Source: a candidate division WOR-3 bacterium (lineage in GTDB: Bacteria > SDB-A). From it: a stretch of DNA of 64,000 nucleotides. Numbering within the stretch: the first letter of the stretch is position 1; each line of letters begins with the position of its first letter. The notes under the pieces are model-generated. The model made no database searches and was not told the DNA's origin. It was given only the letters and a program-made list of their open reading frames with translations. The translations under genes were made by a program, and so were the position numbers. Shown piece after piece: positions 1 to 9,743 of the stretch. Location: the NCBI GenBank assembly GCA_016926475.1, contig JAFGON010000023.1, forward strand, positions 559 to 64,558, written 5' to 3'.

Positions 1-763
1 CGAAAAAATAATCGGAGAGGTGTTATCGAAAAAAAGAAATGAAGTCGTTATTGCGACCAAATTCGGCTACGTCTCTGCTGAAAACGAGGCAAAAATAATC
101 GGAGAAAATGCTTCTCCGGCCTATATCAAGAAAGCCTGCGAATCTTCTCTTAAAAGGCTCAAAACTGATTATATTGATCTGTACCAGTTCCACATACACG
201 ATTACGACATGGAAAAAGCCGGAGAGGTCAGGGATTTTCTTGAAGAATTGGTCTCCATAGGCATGGTAAGGAAATACGGCTGGAGTACGGCTGATCCAGA
301 AAGAGCTAAAATATTTTCAGAGGGTAAAAACTGTGTTTCTTTTCAGTTTGGTTTGAACGCATTAAGAGAAGATCCATTAATGGTTGATTTCTGCGAGAAG
401 AATTCGATGACTGCGATAAACAGAGGCCCTCTCGCGATGGGAGTCCTCACGGGTAAATTCGACGAAAACACCGAATTCCCAGAAAACGATATGCGCAGGC
501 GGTTCGGACTGAATTTTAAGGAAGGACACCTCGCGGAAAGAGTCAAACTCATTGAGAAAATACGAGGAATAATGACTAAAGAAGGAAAATCACTCGTCCA
601 GGGCATGCTTTCGTGGATATTGGCGAGAAGCCCGACAACGCTTCCCATACCGGGATTTAAAAACGAAAAACAGATAATCGAAAATTCCCTCACTCTTTCT
701 TTCGGAGCCATGAAAAAAGAAGATTACGAAGAAGTAAACAGGATTACAGGAAGAGAGTTCTGA
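1..763 (+). CDS. aldo/keto reductase family oxidoreductase, 5'-truncated by the window edge (the first in-frame Met is at 20, but the gene almost certainly begins upstream)
   Basis: Translation (…YIDLYQFHIHDYDMEKAGEV…IPGFKNEKQI…) matches the AKR (Tas/YajO-like) C-terminal half. The ORF is open to the window start. Confidence 0.6.
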   Translation, partial: EKIIGEVLSKKRNEVVIATKFGYVSAENEAKIIGENASPAYIKKACESSLKRLKTDYIDLYQFHIHDYDMEKAGEVRDFLEELVSIGMVRKYGWSTADPERAKIFSEGKNCVSFQFGLNALREDPLMVDFCEKNSMTAINRGPLAMGVLTGKFDENTEFPENDMRRRFGLNFKEGHLAERVKLIEKIRGIMTKEGKSLVQGMLSWILARSPTTLPIPGFKNEKQIIENSLTLSFGAMKKEDYEEVNRITGREF

Positions 764-782
764 TATCAGGCTTATTTGACAA

Positions 783-1865
783 TTATTCGTTTAAAAAAAT
801 TGATATTCTGTTTTCAGAGTAATTCGTGACGGCGATGTCTGTATCGCCGTCGTTGTCGAAATCTGCTGCGCAAATCGCCCTCGGTTCCTCTCCGGATTCT
901 CCTTCATACCCGATGACAAAAAGACCTTCTCCTGTATTCGTATAAATCCTAATTTTTTCGTCCTGGCTGCTTATGACCGCAAAATCTGAATCTTTGTCGC
1001 CGTCGAAATCGGCGAACACCAAATCTTCGGGTCTGTCTCCCCCTTCATAAACGGCTGTTCTGACAAAATTCCCGCCGCCGTCGTTTGAAAACACCTGGAC
1101 TTCATCGTCCGCCGCGCATGCGACGGCAAAGTCATCATCTCCGTCTTTGTCAATGTCCGAGAGGTCTACTGCCTTCGGCCAGTCTCCGCAGGATATTTTG
1201 ACAGGTTCGCGAAAAACGCCGCCGTCGTTGACCAAGATCATAATTTTATTTTTCCAGGCGTCACATACCAAAAGATCAAAACTTCCGTCGCCGTTTACGT
1301 CGGCGGGGCAAATCGCCGAAGGGCTTTTCTGCGCTCCGTAAGGGACTCCCTCGCCGAAATATCCATCCCCGAGGTTGGTAAAAATTCTTACTGTCCCCGA
1401 GTAATAATTCGCGACTGCCATGTCCGCATAACCGTCTCCGTCAAAATCGGCGGCGCATAAAGCTTTAGGGTCCTGTCCTGAATAGTATCTACTGCATTGG
1501 TAAAACGAATCAAAACACGTTCCTAAAAAAACCGAAACATGGGATATCTTTTCAGCGACGGCTATATCCAAAAAACCGTCTCTGTCAAAATCTGCAGAAG
1601 TTATATCAAAAGATCCGTCTCCGGCTAAAAAAGCCAGCGGAGGGTCAAAAGAGCCTTCCCTGTTGAAAATTAAATAGACGTTTTCACCGAGGAGTTGGAC
1701 TCCGGCCACAGCGAGATCCGTGAAACCGTCATTGTTGAAGTCTCCGGAGCATATTCCGAAAGGAAAAACTCCTCCTCTAATTTCATTTCTTCTCCATTCA
1801 GGATAAGCGGATGTAGATAAAAGTATAAAAACGACGAAAAATATTGTTGATTTGTATTTCGACAA
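783..1865 (-). CDS. secreted FG-GAP/VCBS-repeat (integrin-alpha-like beta-propeller) protein
   Basis: N-terminal signal peptide MSKYKSTIFFVVFILLSTSAYP. Repeated FxxDGxxDhAVA motifs (DFNNDGFTDLAVAG, DFDGDGYADMAVAN, DVNGDGSFDLLV, DFDNDGDTDIAV). Confidence 0.6.
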   Translation of the reverse strand: MSKYKSTIFFVVFILLSTSAYPEWRRNEIRGGVFPFGICSGDFNNDGFTDLAVAGVQLLGENVYLIFNREGSFDPPLAFLAGDGSFDITSADFDRDGFLDIAVAEKISHVSVFLGTCFDSFYQCSRYYSGQDPKALCAADFDGDGYADMAVANYYSGTVRIFTNLGDGYFGEGVPYGAQKSPSAICPADVNGDGSFDLLVCDAWKNKIMILVNDGGVFREPVKISCGDWPKAVDLSDIDKDGDDDFAVACAADDEVQVFSNDGGGNFVRTAVYEGGDRPEDLVFADFDGDKDSDFAVISSQDEKIRIYTNTGEGLFVIGYEGESGEEPRAICAADFDNDGDTDIAVTNYSENRISIFLNE

Positions 1866-1891
1866 GATAAGAAAATTTTCTTCGTTATTGA

Positions 1892-2944
1892 TTATTCATA
1901 CATTTTGGAAACATCGAAGAGGGTCAATTTCAAGCTGTCCATGTCGAAAACGGTCGCTATGCCCCCGTTTATGCCGAGCAATTGAGAATTCTCCCCGAAA
2001 CCCAGTTTAACCCTTTTCAGATAATTGCCTTGATCGTCAAAAACGTCTATTGTGCTGTAGGCGTACTCATCCGAAGCAGCAAGCACCAGCAGCCTTTCTT
2101 TTTCCCTGTCGTATGAAACAAAGTAGAAAGGAGGTTGGGTCTCCCTGATTTTATCTTCCAGGTATTCCTTGTATTGTCCTGCCCTCTCGAATATTAGGTC
2201 TATAGCCTCCTGCGGGAAAGGCAGGGGTTCATAACTGACTGAAAAACCGCCAATCGCGGAGTCTTCCATTGTGTATTTGTATATCGTGTATTCTTCGGTA
2301 AATCCCCACCAAATCGTGTCTCCTTTTCCTGCCGCCAAAACTTTCATGGGCGGAGGGAGTTTAGCTTCCATGAGATCTACTTCCGTTTCGCCCTCGAATT
2401 TTTTCACGAGTTCTCCCGTGCTTATATCGCAGAATTCCATCAAGCTCTTTCCCATAAGAGGTGCGAACACCGCCAAAGTATCAATAATGTCGAAAGTAAT
2501 GCTTATAACTCCTATCTGCACGGAATTCAGCAGTACTCCTTCGAGGTTAAAAATCTGAAGCCTTGAGTTCATTGGGTCGAAAATCGCTATTTCTCCTTCT
2601 TTTGTGAACTTGACAAATCCCGACTGCATAAAGTTGAATTCTCCGGGGCCTTCTCCTTTGCCGCCGAATACAGTCTTCAACTCATAGTTTTCGTACACAA
2701 AACACTGACAGAGGGAAATGTCGAGTACAGCCATGAAATCTCCATAAAAATCAGTCGAGCCGAAACTAAGCTGAACAAAAGAGTCGGTCATGACATAAAG
2801 GGTCTCGGGAACTACATACATGGGTTCTTTTGGTTCGTAATGTCTTATCTCAAAAGACTCCTGATCGTTTTTACTGCACGACAATACCGCTGCAAGAGTA
2901 AACACTGAAAATAACCCGAATTTTATCATAATTTTCATTTTCAT
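1892..2944 (-). CDS. lipoprotein, probably a 6-bladed beta-propeller-like (NHL/DUF5128-like) fold
   Basis: Lipobox AAVLSC after a hydrophobic N-terminus. Repeated strand-rich segments. Its start overlaps the stop of the upstream zinc-ribbon ORF by 4 nt. Confidence 0.5.
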   Translation of the reverse strand: MKMKIMIKFGLFSVFTLAAVLSCSKNDQESFEIRHYEPKEPMYVVPETLYVMTDSFVQLSFGSTDFYGDFMAVLDISLCQCFVYENYELKTVFGGKGEGPGEFNFMQSGFVKFTKEGEIAIFDPMNSRLQIFNLEGVLLNSVQIGVISITFDIIDTLAVFAPLMGKSLMEFCDISTGELVKKFEGETEVDLMEAKLPPPMKVLAAGKGDTIWWGFTEEYTIYKYTMEDSAIGGFSVSYEPLPFPQEAIDLIFERAGQYKEYLEDKIRETQPPFYFVSYDREKERLLVLAASDEYAYSTIDVFDDQGNYLKRVKLGFGENSQLLGINGGIATVFDMDSLKLTLFDVSKMYE

Positions 2945-3153
2945 ATCCTCTTCTTGAGATTCATTCTGGCGTCGTGAATCGCTTCATTGTCGCCCATTGA
3001 TATCTCTCCGTTGTCAATCCTGACGTGAAAGCCGCAATCAGGATTGTTGCATACCCATGCTTTGTACTGGATTGTCGCGCCTTCTCTTCCGTAATCAGAC
3101 AAAGGCAGCAACACTCCGGTTTGACACTTAAGGCATTTAGGCCACTGCTCCAC
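2941..3153 (-). CDS. small zinc-ribbon protein (CxxC…CxxxxC)
   Basis: 70 aa with Cys pairs KCLKC and VCNNPDC. Translationally coupled (ATGA overlap) to the downstream lipoprotein gene. Confidence 0.45.
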   Translation of the reverse strand: MEQWPKCLKCQTGVLLPLSDYGREGATIQYKAWVCNNPDCGFHVRIDNGEISMGDNEAIHDARMNLKKRI

Positions 3154-3214
3154 TTTTCACCTCCTCTTCTTCAATTATCCCTTAAATAAAACGGAATCGA
3201 TATTTTTCAAAAAT

Positions 3215-4162
3215 TCAGATGTCAAGGGTGAAAGAAACCCTATCCGCACCTCCGAGATAACCGTATGAATAATGAACCGCGTCTATTGAAAAATAATTGT
3301 CTTTTCCGAGCGGCATCATGACCCCTAAACCGAAAGACCATCCGCTCCAATCTCCCGTCTTTTCTATCGGCTGGTAACCCCCGCGAATCGAAAAGCCGTT
3401 GAAGGCAAAATCGAGATTGGTAGGCAAAAGGGTCAATTCCCCTCCGAAGCCTGAAGAAATTTTCGAAAATTCCGAAAAACCGAGATCGGCGCTCAAAGTC
3501 GTCTTTAAAACAAAGGATTCGAGATCGAGAGGAAGCACTATTGCCGTCCCTGTTCTAAGTTCTGTGGGCGGGAGGTCCCTTTCGTCTATAAAGACGATGC
3601 CTGGTCCTACATTTTTCAAAGCCACTCCGAACCTGAAAAAAGGGTGGGGCACAAAAAGAATCCCTCCGTCTAAAGTCGCTGTTCTCGCCGTTCTGTCCCC
3701 CAGCTTGCTCTGTATTCCCCTGACCGAAGCTCCAGCGAACAAATTATCACCGTAGATTTCCCTGCCGAAAGAGACTAAGAACATGGCGTCGTAATTGCTG
3801 AAGCTTCCGTTTTCGTTTCCGTTTTCGTCTCTTCTTGTGTCGCTCGCGCTCAAAAAAGCTCCGCCTAAGCCCAGAACGCCTAAAGACTTCAACCTGACGA
3901 TGAAAGCTCCTGCTCCGTAGTTTATGTTTTCGAAAAGGTTCAAGAAAGAAAATGTTCCTCCGAGAGCATAGGTCTGTCCAAGTCCAGCGGGATTCCAGAA
4001 AACGCAATTCGCGTCATCTGCCACAGCCGTGTAGGCTGAGCCGAGAGCGACTGGTCTTGCGCCGATTCCGATTTTAAGAAACGTACTGCCGGTGACGCCG
4101 GAGCTGAAAGAGAAAAGAACCGATGCCGTAAAAAACAGAGCTGAAAACAGTCGAATTATCAT
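3215..4162 (-). CDS. PorV/PorQ-family outer-membrane beta-barrel (T9SS cargo shuttle-like)
   Basis: Signal peptide. N-terminal motif FLKIGIGARPVALGSAYTAVADDANCVFWNPAGL resembles the PorV/FadL-like signature. Aromatic C-terminus (…FTLDI). Begins 2 nt after the M6 protease T9SS cargo gene ends. Confidence 0.5.
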   Translation of the reverse strand: MIIRLFSALFFTASVLFSFSSGVTGSTFLKIGIGARPVALGSAYTAVADDANCVFWNPAGLGQTYALGGTFSFLNLFENINYGAGAFIVRLKSLGVLGLGGAFLSASDTRRDENGNENGSFSNYDAMFLVSFGREIYGDNLFAGASVRGIQSKLGDRTARTATLDGGILFVPHPFFRFGVALKNVGPGIVFIDERDLPPTELRTGTAIVLPLDLESFVLKTTLSADLGFSEFSKISSGFGGELTLLPTNLDFAFNGFSIRGGYQPIEKTGDWSGWSFGLGVMMPLGKDNYFSIDAVHYSYGYLGGADRVSFTLDI

Positions 4163-4163
4163 T

Positions 4164-5915
4164 TCAATGTATAAAAGTTATTCTGCCGAAATTTCTTTCT
4201 TCGGAAAACGGCGTCAGTTCAATTATATACAAATACATACCGCTTGAAACTTCATCGCTGTCTTCGTTTCTTCCGTCCCATATCGCTTCTCTCGATACGG
4301 GTGTTATCTCGGATGGGTCGTCTAAAATTCTAACTACCTCACCCGCGATGTTGAATATTATCACCCTGAAAAGAGGGAACATACCCTCCGCTCTTTCTCC
4401 TATCGGCTGGTATTTTATAGTGCAGAAATCAGAGTATGAATGCTTTTCGAAAGGATTCGGATAAGAAAATACTTTTCCCAGCAAAACGGGACCAGCTTCT
4501 ATATCGGCGAACATCACTTGCGCGCAAGAGGACATGTTTTTCATTTTCACTCCGCTCGGCGTTCCGTCCCAAAGATAGGGTGAGGGTACTTCTCTGGAAC
4601 CCAATTCATAGGTCGAACTGCTGAAAAGGTCGCCTTCCTCGCCAAGAGTCGAAGTAGAGGGATCCCCGCTCGCCTTGACCAAAGACACGAGTCTTCTCTC
4701 TCCGTCGTTGTTGTCTGGTCTGGATTCATCTATGTGCCACACGGCAATTCCTTCGTCAGGAAGGGCGATTTCAAAAAAACCCGTCTTAAATCTGTTCTCC
4801 ATTATAAAGTATTCACCGGTTCCGGGATGGTAGTCCGTCCAATCTACACCGTAAGGATTTTGAAGGACTCTCCAATCCTTGGGCATCGTAGGTCCTCCGG
4901 CGGCGTCCAAAACCGCCCCTTTTACAAGGTCGGGAACTCCCGGAACGTCCCTTTCTATAGAGTCGGGATTGACCCAGCCCAAGAGCATTTTAATCCAAAG
5001 GGAGGGATGCGCGGGTCTTGTACCAGGCTGTTCCCCCGAAAGTTTGTTCCAGCTTCCTGCGTCCATGAGCTCAAATCTTCCCACTACAGAATTTCCTTCG
5101 TCTGTATTGTAGAGGTCAGGAGCTCCGAGGACATGGCAGAATTCGTGGCAGAAAACACCAACCGTGACAAGCGATCCGTCTTCATTTTCTTCGGGTTCCA
5201 TGGAATATACACCGAGAGTGCATCCGCTCGAAATTATGTAAGGACAGGAGGGGTCGTAGTTGTCTCTTATAAGCTGGCAAAGCTCTCGAGCATCCGCTTT
5301 ATGAGACCAAATGTCCATAGTGTCTCCTGTCTGCTCCGCTCCTGGACCGGCATGAACCACAAAAAGTCCATGCGCCACCCTGTCTCCGTCCGGGTCGAGA
5401 GAGTTCAAGTCAAAACCTGTAGCCTCGGCTCTGTAAACAGCGTCTCTTACAGCCATGTAGACGCCTATGCTCGTGTTTTGCGTATAGGGGTCAAATATCC
5501 ACTCTATTCCGTAGTAGTGAATCGCGTATGCCATCTTCGGATAATAACTGCGCACCCAGTCGACAATGACGCCGTTTACCGAAAACTGACCGTAGCTTAC
5601 TTCTCTGTAATAAGAATACATACTTCCCGGATTTGAGGGTGAAAAAAGCAGTTCATCATAACTTGACGCCGTGTGCGAGGGATTGTGCGTCTGATCTGAA
5701 AAGTCGAATAAGACCACCGCCGTCGATAGGGAAGGCGGAGTTTTCACTCCATAGTCAGTGCTGAATATTCTACTTTCCGGATTTTCTATCCCGAATTTCT
5801 TCCCGGGGAAAGAGATGCCTGTGTGCACCACTGTGCCGTTTTCGTCGCAGAGCCCCGGAAGAGGAGGCATTAAATCGAAAACCGACACGCATATATATAA
5901 AATGAGACAGAGCAT
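4164..5915 (-). CDS. M6-family (immune inhibitor A-like) zinc metalloprotease with a T9SS C-terminal sorting domain
   Basis: HEFCHVLGAPD matches the HExxHxxGxxD motif of the M6/InhA family. The last ~80 aa (…VRILDDPSEI…WDGRNEDSDEVSSGMYLYIIEL…) form a T9SS CTD. Confidence 0.65.
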   Translation of the reverse strand: MLCLILYICVSVFDLMPPLPGLCDENGTVVHTGISFPGKKFGIENPESRIFSTDYGVKTPPSLSTAVVLFDFSDQTHNPSHTASSYDELLFSPSNPGSMYSYYREVSYGQFSVNGVIVDWVRSYYPKMAYAIHYYGIEWIFDPYTQNTSIGVYMAVRDAVYRAEATGFDLNSLDPDGDRVAHGLFVVHAGPGAEQTGDTMDIWSHKADARELCQLIRDNYDPSCPYIISSGCTLGVYSMEPEENEDGSLVTVGVFCHEFCHVLGAPDLYNTDEGNSVVGRFELMDAGSWNKLSGEQPGTRPAHPSLWIKMLLGWVNPDSIERDVPGVPDLVKGAVLDAAGGPTMPKDWRVLQNPYGVDWTDYHPGTGEYFIMENRFKTGFFEIALPDEGIAVWHIDESRPDNNDGERRLVSLVKASGDPSTSTLGEEGDLFSSSTYELGSREVPSPYLWDGTPSGVKMKNMSSCAQVMFADIEAGPVLLGKVFSYPNPFEKHSYSDFCTIKYQPIGERAEGMFPLFRVIIFNIAGEVVRILDDPSEITPVSREAIWDGRNEDSDEVSSGMYLYIIELTPFSEERNFGRITFIH

Positions 5916-6022
5916 ACATGTATCTTAATTTCAAAATCTTAAACTGTCAAACCCGGTTTTATGCTGTTGTCAGTTCATTTATTATTTGTTAGTCTTTCAA
6001 ATAAAACGTTGCAGGAGGACTC

Positions 6023-7282
6023 GTGAGAACTATTTTAATCAGCTCGATAGTTCTTTTTTCGGCGTCGTCAACTTTCCCGACACCCATTGTCGTGTCGGGT
6101 GGAAACCAAAACGACATAATCGGAAGATTTCTGAGGATAGACAACGGCACTCTTTTGGCTGTAATAGAGAGAAATCCAGATTGGAATTCGGGCGATTTTT
6201 ATTCGTCATTATCTACGGACAACGGACTGACATGGGGTTCGCTTTCTCCAGTCATAGTCAGCGCCGGCAACCAGTCCACGTTTTCTCTCACTAAAGGAAA
6301 TTCAGACACAATTCTGCTCTTTTACGCCTCCGATGAATCCGGCGTTTACAGGATATACAGCGCGTTTTCTCTAAACGGCACGACCTGGTCGAATTCAGGT
6401 CAGGTCGATTTGGGGTGGTCCTCATCCCAGAATGTTTACGATCCATCGGTGGAAAGAGAAAACGATGGATCTCTGACCATGACATATATATCAATGGGGT
6501 TTGGCGCTTACATCGCGCATAGACCTTCAGGAGGGCAATGGGACCACGACAAAATTCTGCTCCAAACAGGAGCTTACAGGGTTCGGGTGTGTAAAAGCGC
6601 AGCAGGGACGTATATGGCCTCATACCATAGACGCACCGGAACGACCTACCAGTACGACGTGTTTGTCAGAACTTCAAGCGACAGGTTAAACTGGTCCCAG
6701 GAAACACAGTTGACAACAAATCAAAATTCCCACGATCCCTTCTGCTCCATAACACCTGACGGATCTTTTATGGTGGACTACGCCAAAAATGTCTCCGGCG
6801 TCTACAACATCCATTCCCGAATTTCTTCTGACGGGGTCAACTGGGAACCCGAAGTTCAAATAACAAACGACATGACATTCAACACTCAACCATGTTTATT
6901 CGTCGAAAACGACACTATATACAGGATGTGGACGCACGCGATAGACTACAACACTGACAACGATATATATTTTGAAAAGTTCATCTATACTCCTAACTCA
7001 GTTGAACAGGATACGGCCCTCGTTTTAGAATTTTTAGATTTTAACGCAGTACAGCAAGGGAACTGTATACTCCTGGAAATCCGCTCCATAGACGAAATTT
7101 TCCTCTCTTTGAGCGTTTTCGACTTCACGGGCAGAAAAGTTCTGCATGACGCCGTACTCGCGACTCAAGGAGCATCAGAAAAAACGATTGACGCATCAAG
7201 CCTTTCTTCCGGTGTTTATTACATCGCTCTGAAAACCCGGGGATTCATACGCGCGGAAAAATTTTTTTACATCAAGATGTAG
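6023..7282 (+). CDS. BNR/Asp-box repeat (sialidase-like) secreted protein with a T9SS CTD
   Basis: GTG start with a GGAGG RBS. Asp-box motifs STDNGLTWGS, SSDRLNWSQ and SSDGVNWEPE. C-terminal …ISLSVFDFTGRKV…SSGVYYIALKTRGF… is CTD-like. Confidence 0.6.
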   Translation: MRTILISSIVLFSASSTFPTPIVVSGGNQNDIIGRFLRIDNGTLLAVIERNPDWNSGDFYSSLSTDNGLTWGSLSPVIVSAGNQSTFSLTKGNSDTILLFYASDESGVYRIYSAFSLNGTTWSNSGQVDLGWSSSQNVYDPSVERENDGSLTMTYISMGFGAYIAHRPSGGQWDHDKILLQTGAYRVRVCKSAAGTYMASYHRRTGTTYQYDVFVRTSSDRLNWSQETQLTTNQNSHDPFCSITPDGSFMVDYAKNVSGVYNIHSRISSDGVNWEPEVQITNDMTFNTQPCLFVENDTIYRMWTHAIDYNTDNDIYFEKFIYTPNSVEQDTALVLEFLDFNAVQQGNCILLEIRSIDEIFLSLSVFDFTGRKVLHDAVLATQGASEKTIDASSLSSGVYYIALKTRGFIRAEKFFYIKM

Positions 7283-7340
7283 TTATCCGGGAACAAGATT
7301 CTTTCAACGCCTTAGATAATTATGTGCAGTGTTGTCATCA
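7272..7340. repeat. copy 1 of a ~66-bp direct repeat (its partner is at 9081-9149)
   Basis: tcaagatgtagttatccgggaacaagattctttcaacgccttagataattatgtgcagtgttgtcat is 1 indel plus 5 mismatches away from the second copy. It lies between convergent gene ends. Confidence 0.7.
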
Positions 7341-8843
7341 CGCTTTTCTGTCAAGCGCAAGGTGGTTGTTTGTCACTTTCCTGAAATGTCTTCCGTATAT
7401 CGCAAGAGTTACAGCAATAGGCATATTTTTAATATCTTTGAAAAAAGTTTTCAATAAAAGTTTCCAGAAATAAAGCTTTTCCGAACCGAAAACGCCGAGG
7501 AGGATAATAGACCTCAAGAATGCCGAAACGTATATGATTTTATTTTTGAAATCGAATCTCACTCCTGTATCTGGTCTATGGTATTCATCGAGAAAAGTGT
7601 TTATTCTCCTGTAGTAAAATTTCGATGAGTAAATTTTCCTTATAACTCTTTCATATCCTTCTCTTAAATTCTTCATTTTCATAACTGGAACTATATTCGT
7701 CGAACAATCAGTGTTGTCCCCTGAAAATTTTGTCTTTATTCTGTTCGCCTTTTTCATCCTTTCATACAAGCGTGTTCCTGGCGGAGCCTGAAGCAAACCG
7801 ACCATCGCGGTTGTAATGCCGCTTTTCTGAATAAAATCTATTATCTGCTGGAATATCATCGCGGTGTCGCTGTCAAAACCGACAATAAATCCTCCCTGAA
7901 CAGTAAAACCCATTTTCTGCAGTTTTTTTATGTTTGATATGATATTCCTGTTGAGGTTCTGAACTTTGTTACACTCGAGAAGACTTGCGCTGTTTGGAGA
8001 TTCTATACCTATAAAAAGCGTGTCAAAACCGGCTTCAAGCATCATCCGCAAAAGTTCATCGTCATCAGAAACGTTTATAGAGACTTCCGTGACCAATTGT
8101 ATCCCTTTCTTCCCTTTTCTCCATTTTGAAATTGAAGGCAAGAGATCCTCTTTTAGTTTTTTCTTGTTGCCGATAAAATTGTCGTCGACAAAAAAAACTC
8201 CACCTCTCCATCCCCTTGAATATAGCTGATCGAGCTCTTCGGTTATCTTATCGGCTTTTTTTAGCCTTGGAATTCTGCCGAACAGAGAAGTTATATTGCA
8301 GAACTCGCAGTTAAAAGGACATCCCCTTGAGTACTGAATAGGCATCATCGCATACTTCCCCATTTTTACCAAAGACCAGAGCGGCACAGGTGTCAAATCT
8401 AGGTCTGCGTGCTTTTTTGTCTCATAAATTTTCTTTTCAGAGCCCTTCTTTAAATCGTCAAGAAATTCCGGAAGTGTGATTTCACCCTCGTTTAGAACAA
8501 AATGATCAACTTTATCGAACAATTCTCTTTCGAGGGTGAACAAAGGTCCACCGACAACCACTTTTTTACCGGCTATTCTGCACTGATCTATCACTTCGGC
8601 AGCGGATTTTTTCTGAATAGACATGCCGCTTATTAAAACCATGTCTGCCCATTCGAGATTTTTTACTGTAAGTTTTTCGATATTCATGTCGACGAGTTTC
8701 TTTTCCCATTCCTCGGGAAGAATTGCGGCGACAGTTAAAAGTCCAAGTGGAGGCATCATAGCTTTTTTGTGGATAAATTTTACGGCGTGTTTAAAACTCC
8801 AAAAAGTATCCGGAATTTCGGGATAGACAAGCAGGACATTCAT
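7338..8843 (-). CDS. B12-binding-domain radical SAM protein (DUF4070-type C-terminus)
   Basis: N-terminal cobalamin-binding-like domain. CPFNCEFC matches the CxxxCxxC radical-SAM motif. Confidence 0.7.
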   Translation of the reverse strand: MNVLLVYPEIPDTFWSFKHAVKFIHKKAMMPPLGLLTVAAILPEEWEKKLVDMNIEKLTVKNLEWADMVLISGMSIQKKSAAEVIDQCRIAGKKVVVGGPLFTLERELFDKVDHFVLNEGEITLPEFLDDLKKGSEKKIYETKKHADLDLTPVPLWSLVKMGKYAMMPIQYSRGCPFNCEFCNITSLFGRIPRLKKADKITEELDQLYSRGWRGGVFFVDDNFIGNKKKLKEDLLPSISKWRKGKKGIQLVTEVSINVSDDDELLRMMLEAGFDTLFIGIESPNSASLLECNKVQNLNRNIISNIKKLQKMGFTVQGGFIVGFDSDTAMIFQQIIDFIQKSGITTAMVGLLQAPPGTRLYERMKKANRIKTKFSGDNTDCSTNIVPVMKMKNLREGYERVIRKIYSSKFYYRRINTFLDEYHRPDTGVRFDFKNKIIYVSAFLRSIILLGVFGSEKLYFWKLLLKTFFKDIKNMPIAVTLAIYGRHFRKVTNNHLALDRKA

Positions 8844-9080
8844 AATTTACTCCTAAAAATTGTTCTCTGAGGAAACGTTGTTAAAAAACCTGAATAGGCA
8901 GAAATCAAACCAGAAAATGAATAAAGGGAACAAAAGAGAAAAAACCAGACTGATTAAAATATTTCCTCATATAATTATTATACATCCATTTAAACCAAAT
9001 AAAACAGGCAAATCTTCACAAAAAATTTGCCTGCAAAACCAGATGAATTTTCTCCTTTTTGACAGATCATCACCTGTAAG

Positions 9081-9149
9081 TCAGATGTAGTTCTCAGGGA
9101 ACAAAATTCTTTCAACGCCTTCGATAATTATGTGCAGTATTGTCATATG
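9081..9149. repeat. copy 2 of the ~66-bp direct repeat; it encodes the last 20 codons of gmhA on the minus strand
   Basis: tcagatgtagttctcagggaacaaaattctttcaacgccttcgataattatgtgcagtattgtcat. Confidence 0.7.
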
Positions 9150-9659
9150 CACTTCTTGAACCCGGTCTGATGTGTTCGCCTCGACAACGAATTCATGATG
9201 AGCCCTACCTGCAAGCTCGCCTCCTCCTTTGCCGAGAAGAAGAACCGTTTTCATGCCCTTTTTTTCAGCTTCTTCGAAACCCCTGATCACGTTTGGAGAG
9301 TTTCCGCTCGTAGAAAGCCCTACAAAGACATCTCCTGCCCTTCCGTATGCCTGCACACCGCGTGAGAAAATCTCGTCAAAACCGTAATCGTTTCCGACGC
9401 AGGTGATATGAGACGCGTCAGTCAGGGATATGACTGGCAATGCTTCACGGTTTTTTCTGTATTTTCCGGTAAATTCCTCGGCAAAATGCATTGCGTCACA
9501 GGCACTGCCTCCGTTTCCGCAGATCAAAATTTTACCGCCTTTCTCAAAACACTCTGCGATAACTTTCGAAACAGTCTCGGTACCGGCGATATTCTCATGA
9601 TTTTCGGAAAATTCGCTTATCGCGCTTACAGCCTCTTCAAAAGATTTTTTTAGATCCAT
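9081..9659 (-). CDS. gmhA: D-sedoheptulose-7-phosphate isomerase (SIS domain)
   Basis: SIS-domain motifs (GNGGSACDAMHFAEE, GLSTSGNSPNV, QEVHMTILHI) match GmhA along its full length. Confidence 0.8.
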   Translation of the reverse strand: MDLKKSFEEAVSAISEFSENHENIAGTETVSKVIAECFEKGGKILICGNGGSACDAMHFAEEFTGKYRKNREALPVISLTDASHITCVGNDYGFDEIFSRGVQAYGRAGDVFVGLSTSGNSPNVIRGFEEAEKKGMKTVLLLGKGGGELAGRAHHEFVVEANTSDRVQEVHMTILHIIIEGVERILFPENYI

Positions 9660-9743
9660 TACCTGCTCCTGTTTTGAATATCTATTTTATCATATCACAA
9701 GTGTTTCGTGAATTATTCAGTATCTTGTCTTTTTATTCATTGG

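Noticed and set aside
3747-4007. 86-aa ORF extremely rich in Arg/Lys (HKKRRKRKRKRK)
   Set aside because: It lies entirely antisense within the PorV-like gene. It is a low-complexity frame artefact of a Gly/Ser/Asn-rich sense strand, with no RBS.
4734-5636. 300-aa plus-strand ORF
   Set aside because: It is antisense to the well-supported M6 protease gene (HExxH motif, CTD) and has no recognisable domain or RBS.
8860-9090. 76-aa ORF in the rSAM/gmhA intergenic region
   Set aside because: Lys/Asn-rich low-complexity translation of an AT-rich promoter/terminator region with no RBS. Its 3' end is merely the direct-repeat copy.
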